From: Octopus sinensis | Taxonomy: Eukaryota | Reading direction: 5' to 3' | NCBI RefSeq assembly: GCF_006345805.1 | Contig: NC_043013.1 | Coordinates: 59,148,001 to 59,212,000, forward strand | Length of the DNA: 64,000 nucleotides | Part shown: positions 38,820 through 52,125 of the stretch, piece after piece | Numbering within the stretch: position 1 is the stretch's first letter | Layout of the letters: each line of letters starts with the position of its first letter | The notes under the pieces: generated by a model | Databases searched by the model: none | The model's input: the letters and a program-made list of their open reading frames with translations, nothing else | What the model was told of the DNA's origin: nothing | Program-made: the position numbers and the translations under genes

Positions 38820-40790
38820 TAACGGGAAGGTTTACAAAAATAAACAAAAGACGAAGGCAGGTGGGGTACAAACAAACTAATGTAATAGTATAGCGCTCAG
38901 GAATAGAAATAGAAAATGTCTTTTATGTTTCGAGCCTATGCTCTTCGACAGAAAGATACACAGAAAAGAAACAAGGAGAGAAAAGAAATGCGTGTAGGAG
39001 CTAACGATCCAAAATGGCGTTCTGATTTCAGGCAGAAGTCAGAGATCAGACGTTAGACGCTAGAGGGATAGTAGGCGAGATAACAGGGTCAAGTGACCTC
39101 ACCCCAACATGAAGGTGCGTGTGTGTATAATAGAGTATGTATGTGCGTGTGAAAGAGGGCTGGTGGTCTGGACGTGTGTATGTATGATGTGATGTGTAAT
39201 GTCGTATGGTGTAGTGTAGTGTGGTGTGATGTTGTGGAGAAGTGGGGGCGAGAGTGGAGAAAGCCCATGTGGGGTGTGGGTTCGGCTGGGGGTTGGGGTA
39301 GAGTGGGATTTGTGGGGAGAGTGAGAGGGGGAGAGAAGAGAGGGGGAGAGAAGAGAGAGGGAGAGAAGAGAGGGGGAGGGAAGAGAGAGGAGGGGAGTGG
39401 AGAAAGGAGATGAGGGATAGAGGGGAGGAGGAGGAGAAGGGAGAGGAGAAGGAAAGAGAAGAGGAGAAGGAAGGGGATGGAAAAGGAGGGGAGAGGGAGA
39501 GGAGGAGGAGTGGAGGGAGGGAGGGAGGAAGGGAGGGGAGAGAAGGGAAGTGAGGGAGCAGAGAGAAAGAGAGAAGGGGAAGAGGGAAGAAGAAAGAAGA
39601 AAGAAGAGGGAAGAAGAGGGAAAGAGAGTAGGGGTGAAAAGATGAAGGACTGAAGAGAAGTAGGAGTCAGGGGAGGTTAGATGAAAAAGGGGGGTTAGAT
39701 GAAAAGGGGGGAGAGTTGAGACCAAATGGCGTAAAAGAGCGAAGAGAGAAGATTAATCCCTGTTCACGGCGCAAGCGGGAATCCGGATGGCCTCTGTGCA
39801 AGGACAATCCGAACAGAAACAGGTGTTGCAAGGAGTGACCGGTGGAGTGGAAATGGCATGAGACCGGGGTGTCATTGGCAAGGCGGATGTCTCGGAGGTA
39901 TTCCGCGAACCGGTCAACCAAGCGGCGTCCCGTTTGTCCGATGTACAGGGAACGGCAGAAATAGCAGGAGATGCAATAGATAATATTGCTGGAGGTACAG
40001 GTGAAGGAGTTGATGATGCTATAGGGTCGATGATGGGTGCCAGTTAGGAGGGTGGTGTTGGAGAGGTAAGGGCAAGTGCGGCAACGTGGGCGGGAGTAGG
40101 GGAACGAACCAGGTTGGGAGGTAGGGTCAGGGAAGAAGCTGTGGACCGAGAGGTCTCGTAGGTTATGGGCTCGTTTGAAGAAGGAGAGGGGTAGGTTAGG
40201 GAAGAGGTGTAAAGTGGACAGGTCGAACTGGAGATGCCGTAAAGCTCGAAGAATGGTGCGTTGGAGAGATAGAGTGGTTGGGCGGTAAGTGAGGGTAAAA
40301 GGGAGGCGGGAGACTGCAGGGCGGGTTCGGGAGGAGAGAGCAGATGCACGGTCTACGGAACGTGCTCTGGCAAGGGCGGTGTGGATAGTGGTGAGGGGGT
40401 ATCCACGTAGAATGAAGTGGCGAGCCATGCGTTGAGACTGAGTCTCAAAGTCATGGTCGTCACTGCAGAGCCTACGTAGACGGAGGAATTGGGAATAGGG
40501 GATGGAAAGCTTGGTGTGTTTGAGGTGGGAGGAAGAGAAGTTTAGGTATGAGTGTGAGTCTGTGTGTTTGTTGTGAATGGAGGTGGTAAGAGTGGAGTGA
40601 TGAATGCTGACCGAAATGTCAAGGAAGGAGACAGAGGTGTTGGAGATAGTAGAGATGAAGTGGAGGGGAGGATGGAAGGATTGAACGAAAGAGAGGAAGG
40701 AATCTAGATGTTCACGGGAGAGTGAGGTGGCACCGATAATGTCGTCAATGTAACGACCGTATAGTTCGGGAGTGGGACCAGTGAAACTAG
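38820..40790 (-). mobile_element. Penelope-like element, 5'-truncated, RT plus GIY-YIG ORF
   Basis: The ORF ending at 39667 has RYIDDI, FLDI, SHLKHTKLSIPYSQFLRLRRLCSD, RGYP and FTCTSSNIIYCISCYFCRSLYIGQTGRRL..RF.E. It is followed by a low-complexity 3' region and a terminal unit with a hammerhead-like motif. Confidence 0.93.
38919..38956 (-). ncRNA. Minimal hammerhead-like motif with CUGUCGA core
   Basis: UCUUU-CUGUCGA-A-GAGC(AUAG)GCUC-GAAA-CA-UA-AAAGA. Lies in the 3' terminal region of the PLE ORF at 39667-40790. Confidence 0.55.
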
Positions 40791-41470
40791 AGAATATCTG
40801 TGTATGTGTAAGTGAAAGTATGTTTGTGCTTAAGCACACATATACACGACGGTATGTATATGTATCAATTCAAACTTGTGTATGTATACTGGTCTCTATA
40901 GATGCCAATAACATCGTTACACTGCTTATTTCGTTTTTTCCCCACCCCTCCTTCGTTTCTTTTTTCTCTCTCTCCCTTTCTTTCGTTCCCCCTCCTTGCC
41001 CAGTATATGAGAATTGCTACATAGATGAATTTTAGCTTGCGTGCGAGACGGTTTGCGTGAATATATGTACACATGCTTTTATGTGTATATTTAGATTCAT
41101 ATTCATACGTCTGTATATGTATGTATGGCGTTTACGCGCATCCTTTTGTGTATGTTGATATATATATGTAGATTTTAATATAAATATGTATTGCAGTATT
41201 TATAACAGGTTTAATTTCTATGCATTAATTTGCACTGTCTTCATTAACGTCAATGGTTTTTCCTCGGATTTTATAAATTTTATAATTTTTATATATAATT
41301 TTTATAAGTTTTTTATATATATATACATATATCTTTGACCTTTTTGTTTATCGCTCGAAGATTGACCGTTTTTTCTAAAGGGCCAATCAAACAAGTCCAT
41401 TTCTTTTTAAAGGTGTAGCGTTTGTAAGAGTATAGATTGAATTGATATATCAGTTCCATTCTAGCAAAAA

Positions 41471-41508
41471 CTGTCTGATGAACGGCAACGAGAAACACAG
41501 AGTAACAG
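41471..41508 (+). ncRNA. Minimal type I hammerhead motif
   Basis: CTGT-CTGATGA-A-CG(GCAA)CG-A-GAAA-CACAGAG-TA-ACAG. Stem I extends with CAAAA/TTTTG; GNRA loop; stems II and III are weak. Confidence 0.65.
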
Positions 41509-41875
41509 ATTTTGTTGAATTTTCTGCTGCTTAAAATAAAGCATATTACTCTACCACTGGTATTTGAGTACTCTTTTTTCCACCTTGTTTCACATTTATG
41601 TGTTTACTCCGGTATATATATATATATATATAATTAATTAAGAGTAGAAATTGATATTTATCAATTAAAACCAGTGGTCTAGCATATTAAAAAAGAATCC
41701 GAAGATTAAAATATTTATATATACCAATTAAGGACTGAACACGAAAAGTGGACAGTCAACATGCTAGATATAGACGTCAAATCGCCATTCTCCACAAAAG
41801 ATTATGTTCTCAAATCAAACTCAGCACAAAACCAAAGCAATAAACAAGTGACAATATACGAAATAAAATAATTAT

Positions 41876-41939
41876 CCATGTACTGATCAGTTTCGGCTAT
41901 TATTATCCGAAACGATAACTGTAGCATTCATCAGCATGG
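41876..41939 (-). ncRNA. Type I hammerhead motif
   Basis: CCAUG-CUGAUGA-[GCUA..UUAUC..GAUAA..UAGC]-GAAA-CUGAUCAG-UA-CAUGG. Palindromic stem III. Confidence 0.8.
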
Positions 41940-42010
41940 CTCGCTATAAATGCAAGTGAGTATGTATGTATGTATGTATGTATGTATGTATGTATGTATG
42001 TATGTATGTA

Positions 42011-42047
<37 letters not shown>

Positions 42048-42569
42048 TTGTCCACCCAACATTGCTTGACAACCGATGCTGGTGTGTTTATGTCCCCGTA
42101 AACTAGCGGTTCGGCAAAGGAGACCAACAGAATACATACTAGGCTTACAAAGAATAAGTCCTGGGTTTAATTTGCTTGACGAAAGGTGGTACTCCAGCAT
42201 GGCCACAGTCAAATGACTGAAACAAGTAAAAGAGTACATTAAAAACATTTTTATTTGTTTTATTGTTGAAATTACTTAAAATTGTTTTTCATATCTTTTA
42301 CTTTAAATAATTCTTTTATCAGTTTCAAATTGTTTTCAGTTTTTCAAAAAAATTATTTTATATACTTATCTAGACATTTTTAGCAATTATTCAATTTTGA
42401 TTATAATTTCATTCCCCACTCTACTACCATTGCCATTACCATCACCAGTATCCCCCACCTCCCCCTCCACCAGTTCAGCTACCACTGCCACCATCACTAC
42501 CACTAGTCCCATTGTTGTCAATCTCCATTGCTATCAATAAAATGCTTTCTTTGTTTTGTTTATGTCCAG

Positions 42570-42695
42570 TTCTGATCACAGCAATCAACTGTTATAGCAC
42601 TGATTTCGCAGCAAGCATTCAGGTGGTTTTTACAGTAGCCAAAATCACAGCCCTCATCATCATCATCATTGGTGGTTTTGTAATGATGGGAAAAG
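42570..42695 (+). CDS. SLC7A9: SLC7A9-like exon 4
   Basis: tccag|TT CTG ... AAA G|gtaatt. Encodes ILITAINCYSTDFAASIQVVFTVAKITALIIIIIGGFVMMGK. 126 nt. Confidence 0.96.
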
Positions 42696-42801
42696 GTAAT
42701 TATAAGCAAAAATTTTGTCTTTTTTGTTTTCATTTTTATTGTATGCATGTATGCTTCTGCAAGACTGCAGTCACATAGCTTAAATACATAAGAGAAATAT
42801 A

Positions 42802-42845
<44 letters not shown>

Positions 42846-42983
42846 CGGAGATGTACTCGCATAGCAAGTAATTTGATCTGTGATCGTGTGCTGAAACGAA
42901 AACAATTGCAGCGTGGAAGGTGTTTGTAAGCCATTTAAGAAACACACAAAAGCCGTTCGATTCACTTCAACATTTAAGTTTAA

Positions 42984-43033
42984 TTTGTCAAAATATTTTC
43001 GTCGCTAAAATCCGCGACCTGTTCACTGACAAA
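42984..43033 (-). ncRNA. Hammerhead motif with G3:C8 core (antisense arm copy)
   Basis: Exact reverse complement of 43054-43103. Confidence 0.7.
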
Positions 43034-43053
43034 AATCCGTGCTGCATCTGATT

Positions 43054-43103
43054 TTTGTCAGTGAACAGGTCGCGGATTTTAGCGACGAAAATATTTTGAC
43101 AAA
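43054..43103 (+). ncRNA. Hammerhead motif with G3:C8 core
   Basis: TTTGTCA-GTGAACA-G-GTCGC(8 nt)GCGAC-GAAA-ATAT-TT-TGACAAA. 7-bp stem I, 5-bp stem II, palindromic stem III. Confidence 0.7.
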
Positions 43104-43207
43104 TTAAACTTAAATGTTGAAGTGAATCGAACGGCTTTTGTGTGTTTCTTAAATGGCTTACAAACACCTTCCACGCTGCAATTGTATATATATATATTAT
43201 ATATTAT

Positions 43208-43239
<32 letters not shown>

Positions 43240-43417
43240 CACTTATACAGGAGTGACTGTGTGGTGAGAAATTTGCTTGCTTCTGGGTTCGGTCCCACTG
43301 CATGGTACCTTCGGCAAGTGTTTTCTACTCTAGCCTTGGACCAACCAAGGCTTTGTAAATAGATTTCATAGATAGAAACTGAAAGAAGCCCGTTGTATGT
43401 GTTTGTATATATATATG

Positions 43418-43481
<64 letters not shown>

Positions 43482-43798
43482 CATATGTATGTATGTCTGT
43501 ATCTATGTGTCTGTGTTTGTCCCTCCACAATCGCTTGACACCGATGTTGGTGTGTTTATTTCCTAATAGTAGTTTGGCAAAGGAGACCAACAGAATACAT
43601 ACTAGGCTTACAAAGAATAAGTCTTGGGGTCAATTTGTTTGACAAATGGCAGTGCTCCAGAGTGGCTGCAGTCAAATGACTGAAACAAGCAAAAGAATAT
43701 ATAATAATAATATGAGGGAATATATTCCAAACTTAAAGGGAAAATTTCAATTTAGAAACACTAAATCAAATTCACAAAATATAATATATATATTTTTA

Positions 43799-43876
<78 letters not shown>

Positions 43877-44041
43877 ATATAAATTAGAAAAAACACCTTT
43901 TATCAATTCAACAATGAAAAAATTAAATTATACCATTTAGAAAAAATTACATCTTATAGAAAAATTAAATATAAGATAAAACATATACCAATGATTAAGT
44001 AATGTGCAAAATAATAAATAAAACGTATATATTTGGTAAAA

Positions 44042-44120
44042 TAACTACACGTGTTTCGTGGCTATATTTAAGAAATGATAACACTAAAATCAATTCAATA
44101 TATAGCCACTCTTCAGGTTA
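44042..44120 (-). ncRNA. Type I hammerhead motif (best canonical match)
   Basis: UAAC-CUGAAGA-GUGGCUAUAU...AUAUAGCCAC-GAAA-CACGUG-UA-GUUA. 10-bp stem II, palindromic stem III, GUA site. Confidence 0.85.
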
Positions 44121-45001
44121 AAGATAAAAACAATATAATAATTAATTAAATAAAATAATAAATATACGTATATAATCTTGTAAAATACGAAATATCTTAA
44201 CAAATATATTCTTGTGTAAATAAAAAAATAGACTAAAGAGGTATAAATATTTATTATATCTATAAAAATATAATTTTAACATATATAACAAAAGAATAAT
44301 AAACTATAATATATCATTACTTGAAAATATACAATTAATTACATTATTTAAAACATAAATATGTATATATATAAAGTAAAAAATATGCATTAAGGGAAAA
44401 CTAAAATACTATAATTTAATCTATATTCATTAAATTAAATTATTAATTAATTAATTAATTTATTTAATAAGCATCTAAATTAAATCTTATTCTAATTAAG
44501 TAATGTATACAAAAAAAATTCATTTTAAGTAATAAGCGCAGGAGTGGCTGTGTGGTAAGTAGCTTGCTAACCAACCACATGGTTCCGGGTTCAGTCCCAC
44601 CACGTCGCATCTTAGGCAAGTGTCTTCTGCTATAGTCCCGGGCCGACCAATGCCTTACGAGTGGATTTGGTAGACGGAAACTGAAAGAAGCCTGTCGTAT
44701 ATATGTATATATTTGTATGTGTTTGTGTGTCTGTGTTTGTCTCCCTAGCTTTGCTTCACAACCGATGCTGGTGTGTTTACGTCCCCATCACTTAGCGGTT
44801 CGGCGAAAGAGACCGATAGAATTTGAATAATATTTTGTGTGCATCAGAAGGCTCATTAGGACATTGGACAAAATACCTTGTGGTACTTAGTCACACCTGC
44901 TTGATGGGTTCACTATCTGATGAAGTTAACCCATCTCGATCTCGAGAAAATAAGCAGAACCAGCTAGCTGAATTTTCATAGACAGAAATGGCATGAAAAC
45001 T

Positions 45002-45032
<31 letters not shown>

Positions 45033-46301
45033 TCCCCTCTCTCTCTCACTCTCTCTCTCTCTCTCTCTCACTCACACAGTTAAACACATGTTTTTTCTCT
45101 ATGCTGGCATTGGTTGGGTAGGTCTTCTTGAGCACATTTGTTGCATTTCTTTATCTCCTTTGTTAGAAACTTGGTAACATCTTGCTTGCCCAAATGCAGT
45201 CGGTTGAAAACTGCATTCTGGATACCAGTAGACTTCAGGGGTTCTTCAAGAGTCAATGCACACCTTATCAGAGCTTCCCTGTCATATATAGTATCTTCTC
45301 AAGTGGGAAAAAAAATTAGCATTTATTTAATACAATTGAGAGGCAAATGTATTCCCTCTTATTTATGCTTGTGTTTCCTTTTCTCTTTTTTTATCCCAAC
45401 TTTTAAGTGAATTCTCTTATTTATGCTTTATTTTTATCATGTTTTTTTTAATCCTATCTTTTAAGTGAAATATACTAAATTTCTTCCTCATGAAATATCC
45501 TTGTAAAAGAAGGGAACATCTTATGTGAGAGTATGTCTTACATGCCAAATGGGGGACTCTCCCATCGAAGACGATGTATAAGTGTTCAGCTTTTACCGAG
45601 TGACTTGCACAAAGGATTTGTTGATCCCTTTCGTTACCGTATTTATTTTGAGATGCTCTGTGTTTCTTTCAATTATTCTAAATATTAAAAAAATTTAGCA
45701 AAATAACTTAGTTATGATTAAGCTAATGTTAGGAACATAGATTGTGACTTGATGGAAGATTTTGATTAAAAACTTATAAAAACAAGACATTTGTACTACA
45801 GAGCCAGAACCGGTTTCAGCTGATTTGGTAACGAAAGGGTTATAGTGATCAAATGTATGAGCTGTGCATTAGCTCTCTCTTTCCATCAATTCGACACATG
45901 CACTGTGTACCACACATCAGGTGGCAAAATGATCGCAGAGCAATGTGAGATAGTGTTTTGTTCAAGAACACATTGCATCATCCAGTCTAGGAATTGAAAC
46001 CATGATTTTGCGATCATGAGTGCATCACTCTAACCACTAGGTCATGTGCTGTCATTATATGCCAAATACCTCTTTTTACTCTTTTACTCTTTTACTCGTT
46101 TCAGTCATCTGACTGTAGCCATGCTGGAGTGCCACCTTTAGTTGAGCAAATCAACCCCAGGACTTATTCTTTGTAAGCCTAGTACTTATTCTATCGGTAT
46201 CTTTTGCTGAACCACTAAGTTACAGGGACGTAAACACACCAGCATCGGTTGTCAGGTGATGTTGGTGGGGGACAAACACAGACACACAAACATATACGCG
46301 C

Positions 46302-46428
<127 letters not shown>

Positions 46429-46606
46429 GCGACGGCCTTCTTTCAGTTTCCGTCTACCAACTCCACTCACAAGGCTTTGGTTGGCCCGAGGTTCTAGTAG
46501 AAGACACTTGCCCAAGGTGCCACACAGTGGGACTGAACCAGAAGACACTTGCCCAAGGTACCACTCAGTGGGACTAATAATTTTTTTTTATTATTATATC
46601 CTTTAG

Positions 46607-46706
46607 GTGAATTCTATGACCTCCCAGAGGGTTTCACAGGTTCTGAGACTTCAGGATCAGTTATTGCTTTGGCATTTTATGATGGATTATGGGCTTTTGA
46701 GGGATG
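46607..46706 (+). CDS. SLC7A9: SLC7A9-like exon 5
   Basis: ctttag|GT GAA ... GGA TG|gtgagt. Encodes GEFYDLPEGFTGSETSGSVIALAFYDGLWAFEGW (TM6). 100 nt; not shown in the ORF track. Confidence 0.95.
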
Positions 46707-47383
46707 GTGAGTAATTTTGTCTTAGTTTTATTCATTATTATGTTTATGTGTGTTTTTTGTGTTTATGTTTTATGTTTGTTCTCTCCCTGTCGTTGCTTGG
46801 CAACCAGTAATGTTTTGTTTACATCCTTGTAACTTAGCAGTTTGGCAAACAAGAGCAATAGAATAAGTACCAGACTAAAAAAACAAAAGAAAGTAAGTTC
46901 CCGGGGTCCTTTCGTTTGACTGTACCCTTCGGGGTGGCAGCCTCTCAGTATGGTTGCAGTCCAATCACTGAAACAAGTTAATAGGAAAAGATGAAGATGA
47001 TGTGCCATCAGACAAACATCATCATCATCATCATTGTCGTCACTACTATCATCATCATCATCATCATCTTCATCATAACTGCCATCATCAGTATGCTAAC
47101 ATTTCTTATTTCTTTACTACCCACAAGGGGCTAAATACAGATGGAACAAACAAGGACAGACAAGCGGATTAAGTCGATTACATTGACCCCAGTGCGTAAC
47201 TGGTACTTAATTTATCGACCCCGAAAGGATGAAAGGCAAAGTCTACTTCGGCAGAATTTGAACTCAGAATGTAACAGCAGACGAAATACCGCAAAGCATT
47301 TCGCCCGGCATGCTAATGTTTCTGCTAGCTTCCCACCTTAATATTGATAATGATACTAATAATTATCATTGTTATTGTTGCTG

Positions 47384-47439
<56 letters not shown>

Positions 47440-48064
47440 GTTATTATTATTATTATTATTATTACTATTATTATTATTATTAATATGGCAGCAAGCTGCC
47501 AGAATCATTAGCAGACCCAGTGCTTAGCAGCATTTTGTTTGTCCTTCGGTTCTGAGTGCAAATTCCACTGCAGCTGACTTTGCCTTTCATCCTTTCGGGG
47601 TCGTTAAATTAATTACCAGTTGTGTACTGGGGTCGATCTAATCGACTGACCCCCCCCCCCAATTTCAGGCCTTGTGCCTTAGTAGAAAGGATTATCATTG
47701 CTATCATTATTATTATCATTATGTAATGAGATGGCAGAATCATTGGCATGCTAGACAAAATGCTTTGCAGTATTTCGCCTGTCGTTCCATTCTGAGTTAA
47801 AATTCTGCCAAGGTCAACTTTGCTTTTCTCCTCTCGGAGTCAATAAAATAAATACCAGTGAAACACTGGAGTCAATGTAATTAATAGTCCCCTCGCCTAG
47901 TAGAAAAGATTATTATTATTGACCTAGTGGTTAGGGTGCTGTACTTATGATCATTTGTGCAGGTCATTCAGTAAAAGCTGAACACTCATAACTTATCTTC
48001 AATGGGAGAGTCCATCATCATTATTATCATTGCTATTGTTATTATCATTATTATTATCATTATT

Positions 48065-48622
48065 GAGTGAGAGAGCAGTACATGCCATCAAATTGACACT
48101 GGGGTAAAATGTACAAAGCCTAGTATACCCATCATGACTACCCGTCTGATAAGGGTACACTAGGCACATGCATCACAACCATATGTGCGCAACATAGTGA
48201 TCTCATATCAAGATAAATAATGCATGACCTTGCAGGTAGGGCCCAGTTAGACTTTTCTTTTGGTTGAGTAGACCATCCCATTCAAAAGGTCCCTGAATAA
48301 CGATTGTTTAAAGATGTTGAACAAACCACCCATGTTTCCAAAGGTGAATTATCCAAAACTCTAAGAATTCCTCTCAACACATGGCTATGATGCTCCCCCA
48401 CTATTTCTGCTCGTGATCAGAGATGCACATATCATCAGCCACTAAGGGACATGGTCAACTGGTTAAGGTCAAAAAGCTGACAAGCAAATCTGTGGTATTG
48501 GGCAGAATATTTGCTGTAGCTCATCTTTTATACAAAGACAAAACAATGTACATGATAACACTTCCAATCAGTTAAGATCAGTAGTCATGGGAGCCACAGC
48601 CTGGTACTGAATCAGGGCATGC
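48065..48622. repeat. Unclassified interspersed element bounded by (ATT)n tracts
   Basis: Complex ~560-bp sequence between ATT-rich microsatellites; no ORF recognised. Confidence 0.4.
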
Positions 48623-48646
48623 ATTATTATTATTATATTATTATTA

Positions 48647-48686
<40 letters not shown>

Positions 48687-49336
48687 TATTATTATTATTA
48701 GATTGGAGTTTGTTGCTCAGGTGGTCTACATCATTTCCATTTCTCTCTCCCTCTCTCTCTCTTTATCTTTTTGTATTTTGCCTAGCCTTCCTACTCCTTC
48801 AAGACAAGAGGCTCTGAAGTGATTCTTACTATGCCACATGTTTCAACCAGGCATTTGGCCCTGTATTGTCAATCTTAAGCCCTTTTGTACACAGTTCTAT
48901 TATGGAACTGTAGGGTTATGAGTGCTTGGAAGCCCATTTTAATACCTCCTAACCACATGCAGCCTCTTATTAGGGCTGCTTTCACTATTAACCCATACTG
49001 TGATACAAAAGTGATGACTAGCCACAGATTTGCCTCGTTTCTGATATCTTTTATTGTCACTCTTGTATTTCTTTGCTCCCATGTATTGGGGGTACAAATG
49101 TACAGCCAGATGTGTGTCCCAAACTTTCAGCCCGTGTTTTGGATGATTCTTTAATTTCAAAAGTATAATAGGATTTAACCCAAAAGAAAGCAAAGAGAAA
49201 AAATGTATACTTGAAAGGCACAGGAGCCTCTATAATTAAATAATTTATAAATTAAATAATTTATGTCTATCTCAAAATTAATTATTAATAACTTCCACTT
49301 TTTCTATCTTTTCCTTTTTTCTTTTTTTCAAAACAG

Positions 49337-49381
49337 GAATAGCCTCAATTATGCCATAGAGGAACTTAAAAATCCATACAG
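49337..49381 (+). CDS. SLC7A9: SLC7A9-like exon 6 (45 nt)
   Basis: aacag|G AAT AGC ... TAC AG|gtttgt. Encodes (W)NSLNYAIEELKNPY(R). Splice phases match both neighbours. Confidence 0.93.
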
Positions 49382-49594
49382 GTTTGTACAGGCTGCAAAT
49401 TTTCTACTTGAGATTTTCATTATATTTTCTTTATATGATATGTTAAGAATTTACCATTTTCTCTCTTTTGTTAATTTTAATTTAAGAATTTTTCATAGGA
49501 TACAGAAGCTCTTATTCTTTGTAGAATAAGAGTGTCTGAAAATAAACATGTACATACACACATCTGTGCATGTATGTATATATGTGTGTGTGTT

Positions 49595-49662
<68 letters not shown>

Positions 49663-49665
<3 letters not shown>

Positions 49666-50546
49666 TTGCGGCCAAAATGTTCAGAATGGCATTGTTTTCG
49701 TCAGAAAGGTAGATATAAGTTTTTATCAAAGTTGTTTTATATTCTATAATTTTCACAGACAATAAATACGATATTATTTGTTATTGTCTGAGAATTTGAT
49801 GCAATTTGAGAGGATAATACAAAAGTTATGGATGATTTAGTGATTTACTGCAAAACCCATGGCGGCCAAAATGTTTTAGTATATTTAACCGTCGAACTCT
49901 AATGTTTTGAATTTGTTTACGTGACAGTTCGTTTACTAAACATTAGTAAGAATATCTGCAGTGTACTTTGTTTACATAATGCCACTTACTCCGTTACCAA
50001 TTCGTCAGCAGATTATTAAGCTTCGAAAGAAGGATAATTTAAGTATTAGGTCTATTGCAAAGATTGTTAACAAGACAAAAAGTGTTGTTCACGGTATTCT
50101 TAAGGTCTACGATGATTGTGGTTCGTGTGAAGCAAGAAAGTCTACAGGTAGGCCAAGAAAAACGATCAAGGGAGAAGATCGTGCTATGGTAAAGTTGGTT
50201 AAAAAGGACAGATTTAAAACTGCTGCTGCTGTTTTTCGGGAAATGAGCATTGTACTGAAGAAAACTTTATCTCGAAAAACTGTGTCTCGTCGTTTAGTTG
50301 AACATGACCTACAAGCAAGAGCACCTGCAGTGAAGCCACTGATCAGCTCCAAGAATAAAAAGTGTCGTCTTACCTTTGCAACCGAACATGTGTTGTGGTC
50401 TCAAGAAAAATGGCAAACGGTGCATTTCAGTGATGAATCTAAGCCTATGTTATTTGGCTCAGATGGGAAAAGCAGGTGAAAAATTGTCACCTAAATGCCT
50501 TGAGACTAATGTTAAATTCGGTGGAGGAAGTGTCATGGTTTGGGGG
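49663..50546 (+). mobile_element. Tc1-family transposon left part (IR/DR type), internally deleted and cut by a SINE
   Basis: Starts CAGTTG after (TA)n. GCGGCCAAAATGTT is repeated at 49668 and 49862. ORF from ATG 49979 has a paired-like HTH, GRPRK and W..VHFSDES, followed by VKFGGGSVMVWG in another frame. Confidence 0.9.
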
Positions 50547-51069
50547 ATGTCAAGCGATGTTGGGGGGGGGGGGCAAACACAGACACACACACATATATGT
50601 ATATATACATATATATGACGGGCTTCTTTCAGTTTCCATCTACCAAATCCACTCACAAGGCTTTGGTCGATCCGAGGCTATAGTAGAAGACACTTGCCCA
50701 GGTACCACGTAGTGGGACTGAATCCGGAACCATGTGGTTCGTAAGCAAGCTACTTACCACACAGCCACTCCTGCACCCATATATAAATTCATTTAATCCA
50801 GATGATAATGCTCATCCCATTGCCATACAAATCTGTCCTTTGAGTAAATCCACTTGAATCCAGTCAGATAAATATCTCACTTAAAAGACATTATTGACCA
50901 AAATGTAACAACAATATTATTAATGAAGAACTGCTGTCCAAATAAAGTACTTAAAGGCAGCAAAACAGGGCAATAGACCCCTTTTTCATTGAGAGAGTGA
51001 TATTCTGTCCAGTTTAACATCACAACACTACTCTTGAGTATCTTTATAATAATGAAATTATTGTATACA

Positions 51070-51940
51070 GTGCTCAGGTGCACCACAACTTGTCAAAAGT
51101 GCGTATAGAATATATACAGTAATGTACAAATGTCTGGAAAGTGAACAGTGTATGAGTCAGATACATGCTTGCGTGTGTATGGAGGGGAGAAAATCAGGTG
51201 TAGTGTTGGTGAATCTCAGGAAGCATGGAAGTTTTGAAGGATGCAGTGCTCCAAAAACTAACAACTGATGCCGGCAGTTTGTTCCATACTTCAGCAACTC
51301 TTAGCGTAAAAAAATGTTTCCGAAAGTCATGGGAGCTGTGCTGTTTTCTGACATTGTAAACATGTCCACGGGTGTTAGATGGGTGGAGTTTGAAAAGGTA
51401 CTCAGAGTTATTGTTGGTAAGATGGTTAATAATTTTATGGGTGTGTGCCAAGTCAGCTGCCACACGTCGGAGTTTCAATGTGTCCATGCCCAGGGAAGTA
51501 AGGCATTCAGAATATGGCAAATGCCTGATGGAGGGTATTCTTTTGGTTGCACGTCACTGAATGGTTTCCAGACGATTAATATCCTGGGCAAGATAGGGGT
51601 TCCAGACTGGTGATGCAAATTCCAGGTGAGGCCACACCATAGCTATATAAAGTCTCTGATAGATAGCTGGAGAGCGGCTCACAAAGGACTTGGTGAGTGA
51701 TGCCAAGACACCCTTAGACTTCTTGGCAATTTTAGCAATGTGTTTTGTCCAACACAAATCACTGTCGACAATATTGCCCAGGTCACGTTCAAAAGAAGAC
51801 TTTTTGAGATTAGTGTTGTGGAAGGAGTAAGTGGATGCTGGGTTTTTCCTCCCCAAATGCATGGTGGTGCATTTGTCCACAGCCAGCTTGAGTTGCCAGT
51901 CCATGATCCACTGCTGCATTGTGTCCAGGTCTGATTTCAA
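51070..51940 (-). mobile_element. Second copy of the same CR1/L2-group LINE 3' end
   Basis: Highly similar to 14500-15340 (LDTMQQWIMDWQLK...MLPEIHQHYT) on the minus strand. Confidence 0.92.
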
Positions 51941-51972
51941 ATCCAGAAACTTTTCAGCCCCCACCCCTCGTG

Positions 51973-52028
<56 letters not shown>

Positions 52029-52125
52029 CACATGCACACACACATACACACAAGACATTTCCATGCCAAAAAATGTAAGTTATTCCTCCTTTGTAAAATA
52101 TATGTATTCTGATATTTCGTTATAG

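Larger units (their letters stand above)
42902..43185. repeat. Perfect palindrome, 136-bp arms with 12-nt spacer
   Basis: 42902-43037 is the reverse complement of 43050-43185. Inserted in (TA)n in intron 4. Confidence 0.95.

Noticed and set aside
44917-44965. CTGATGA...GAAA near 44917 (also 17312 and 53018)
   Set aside because: No supporting helices; consistent with chance matches.
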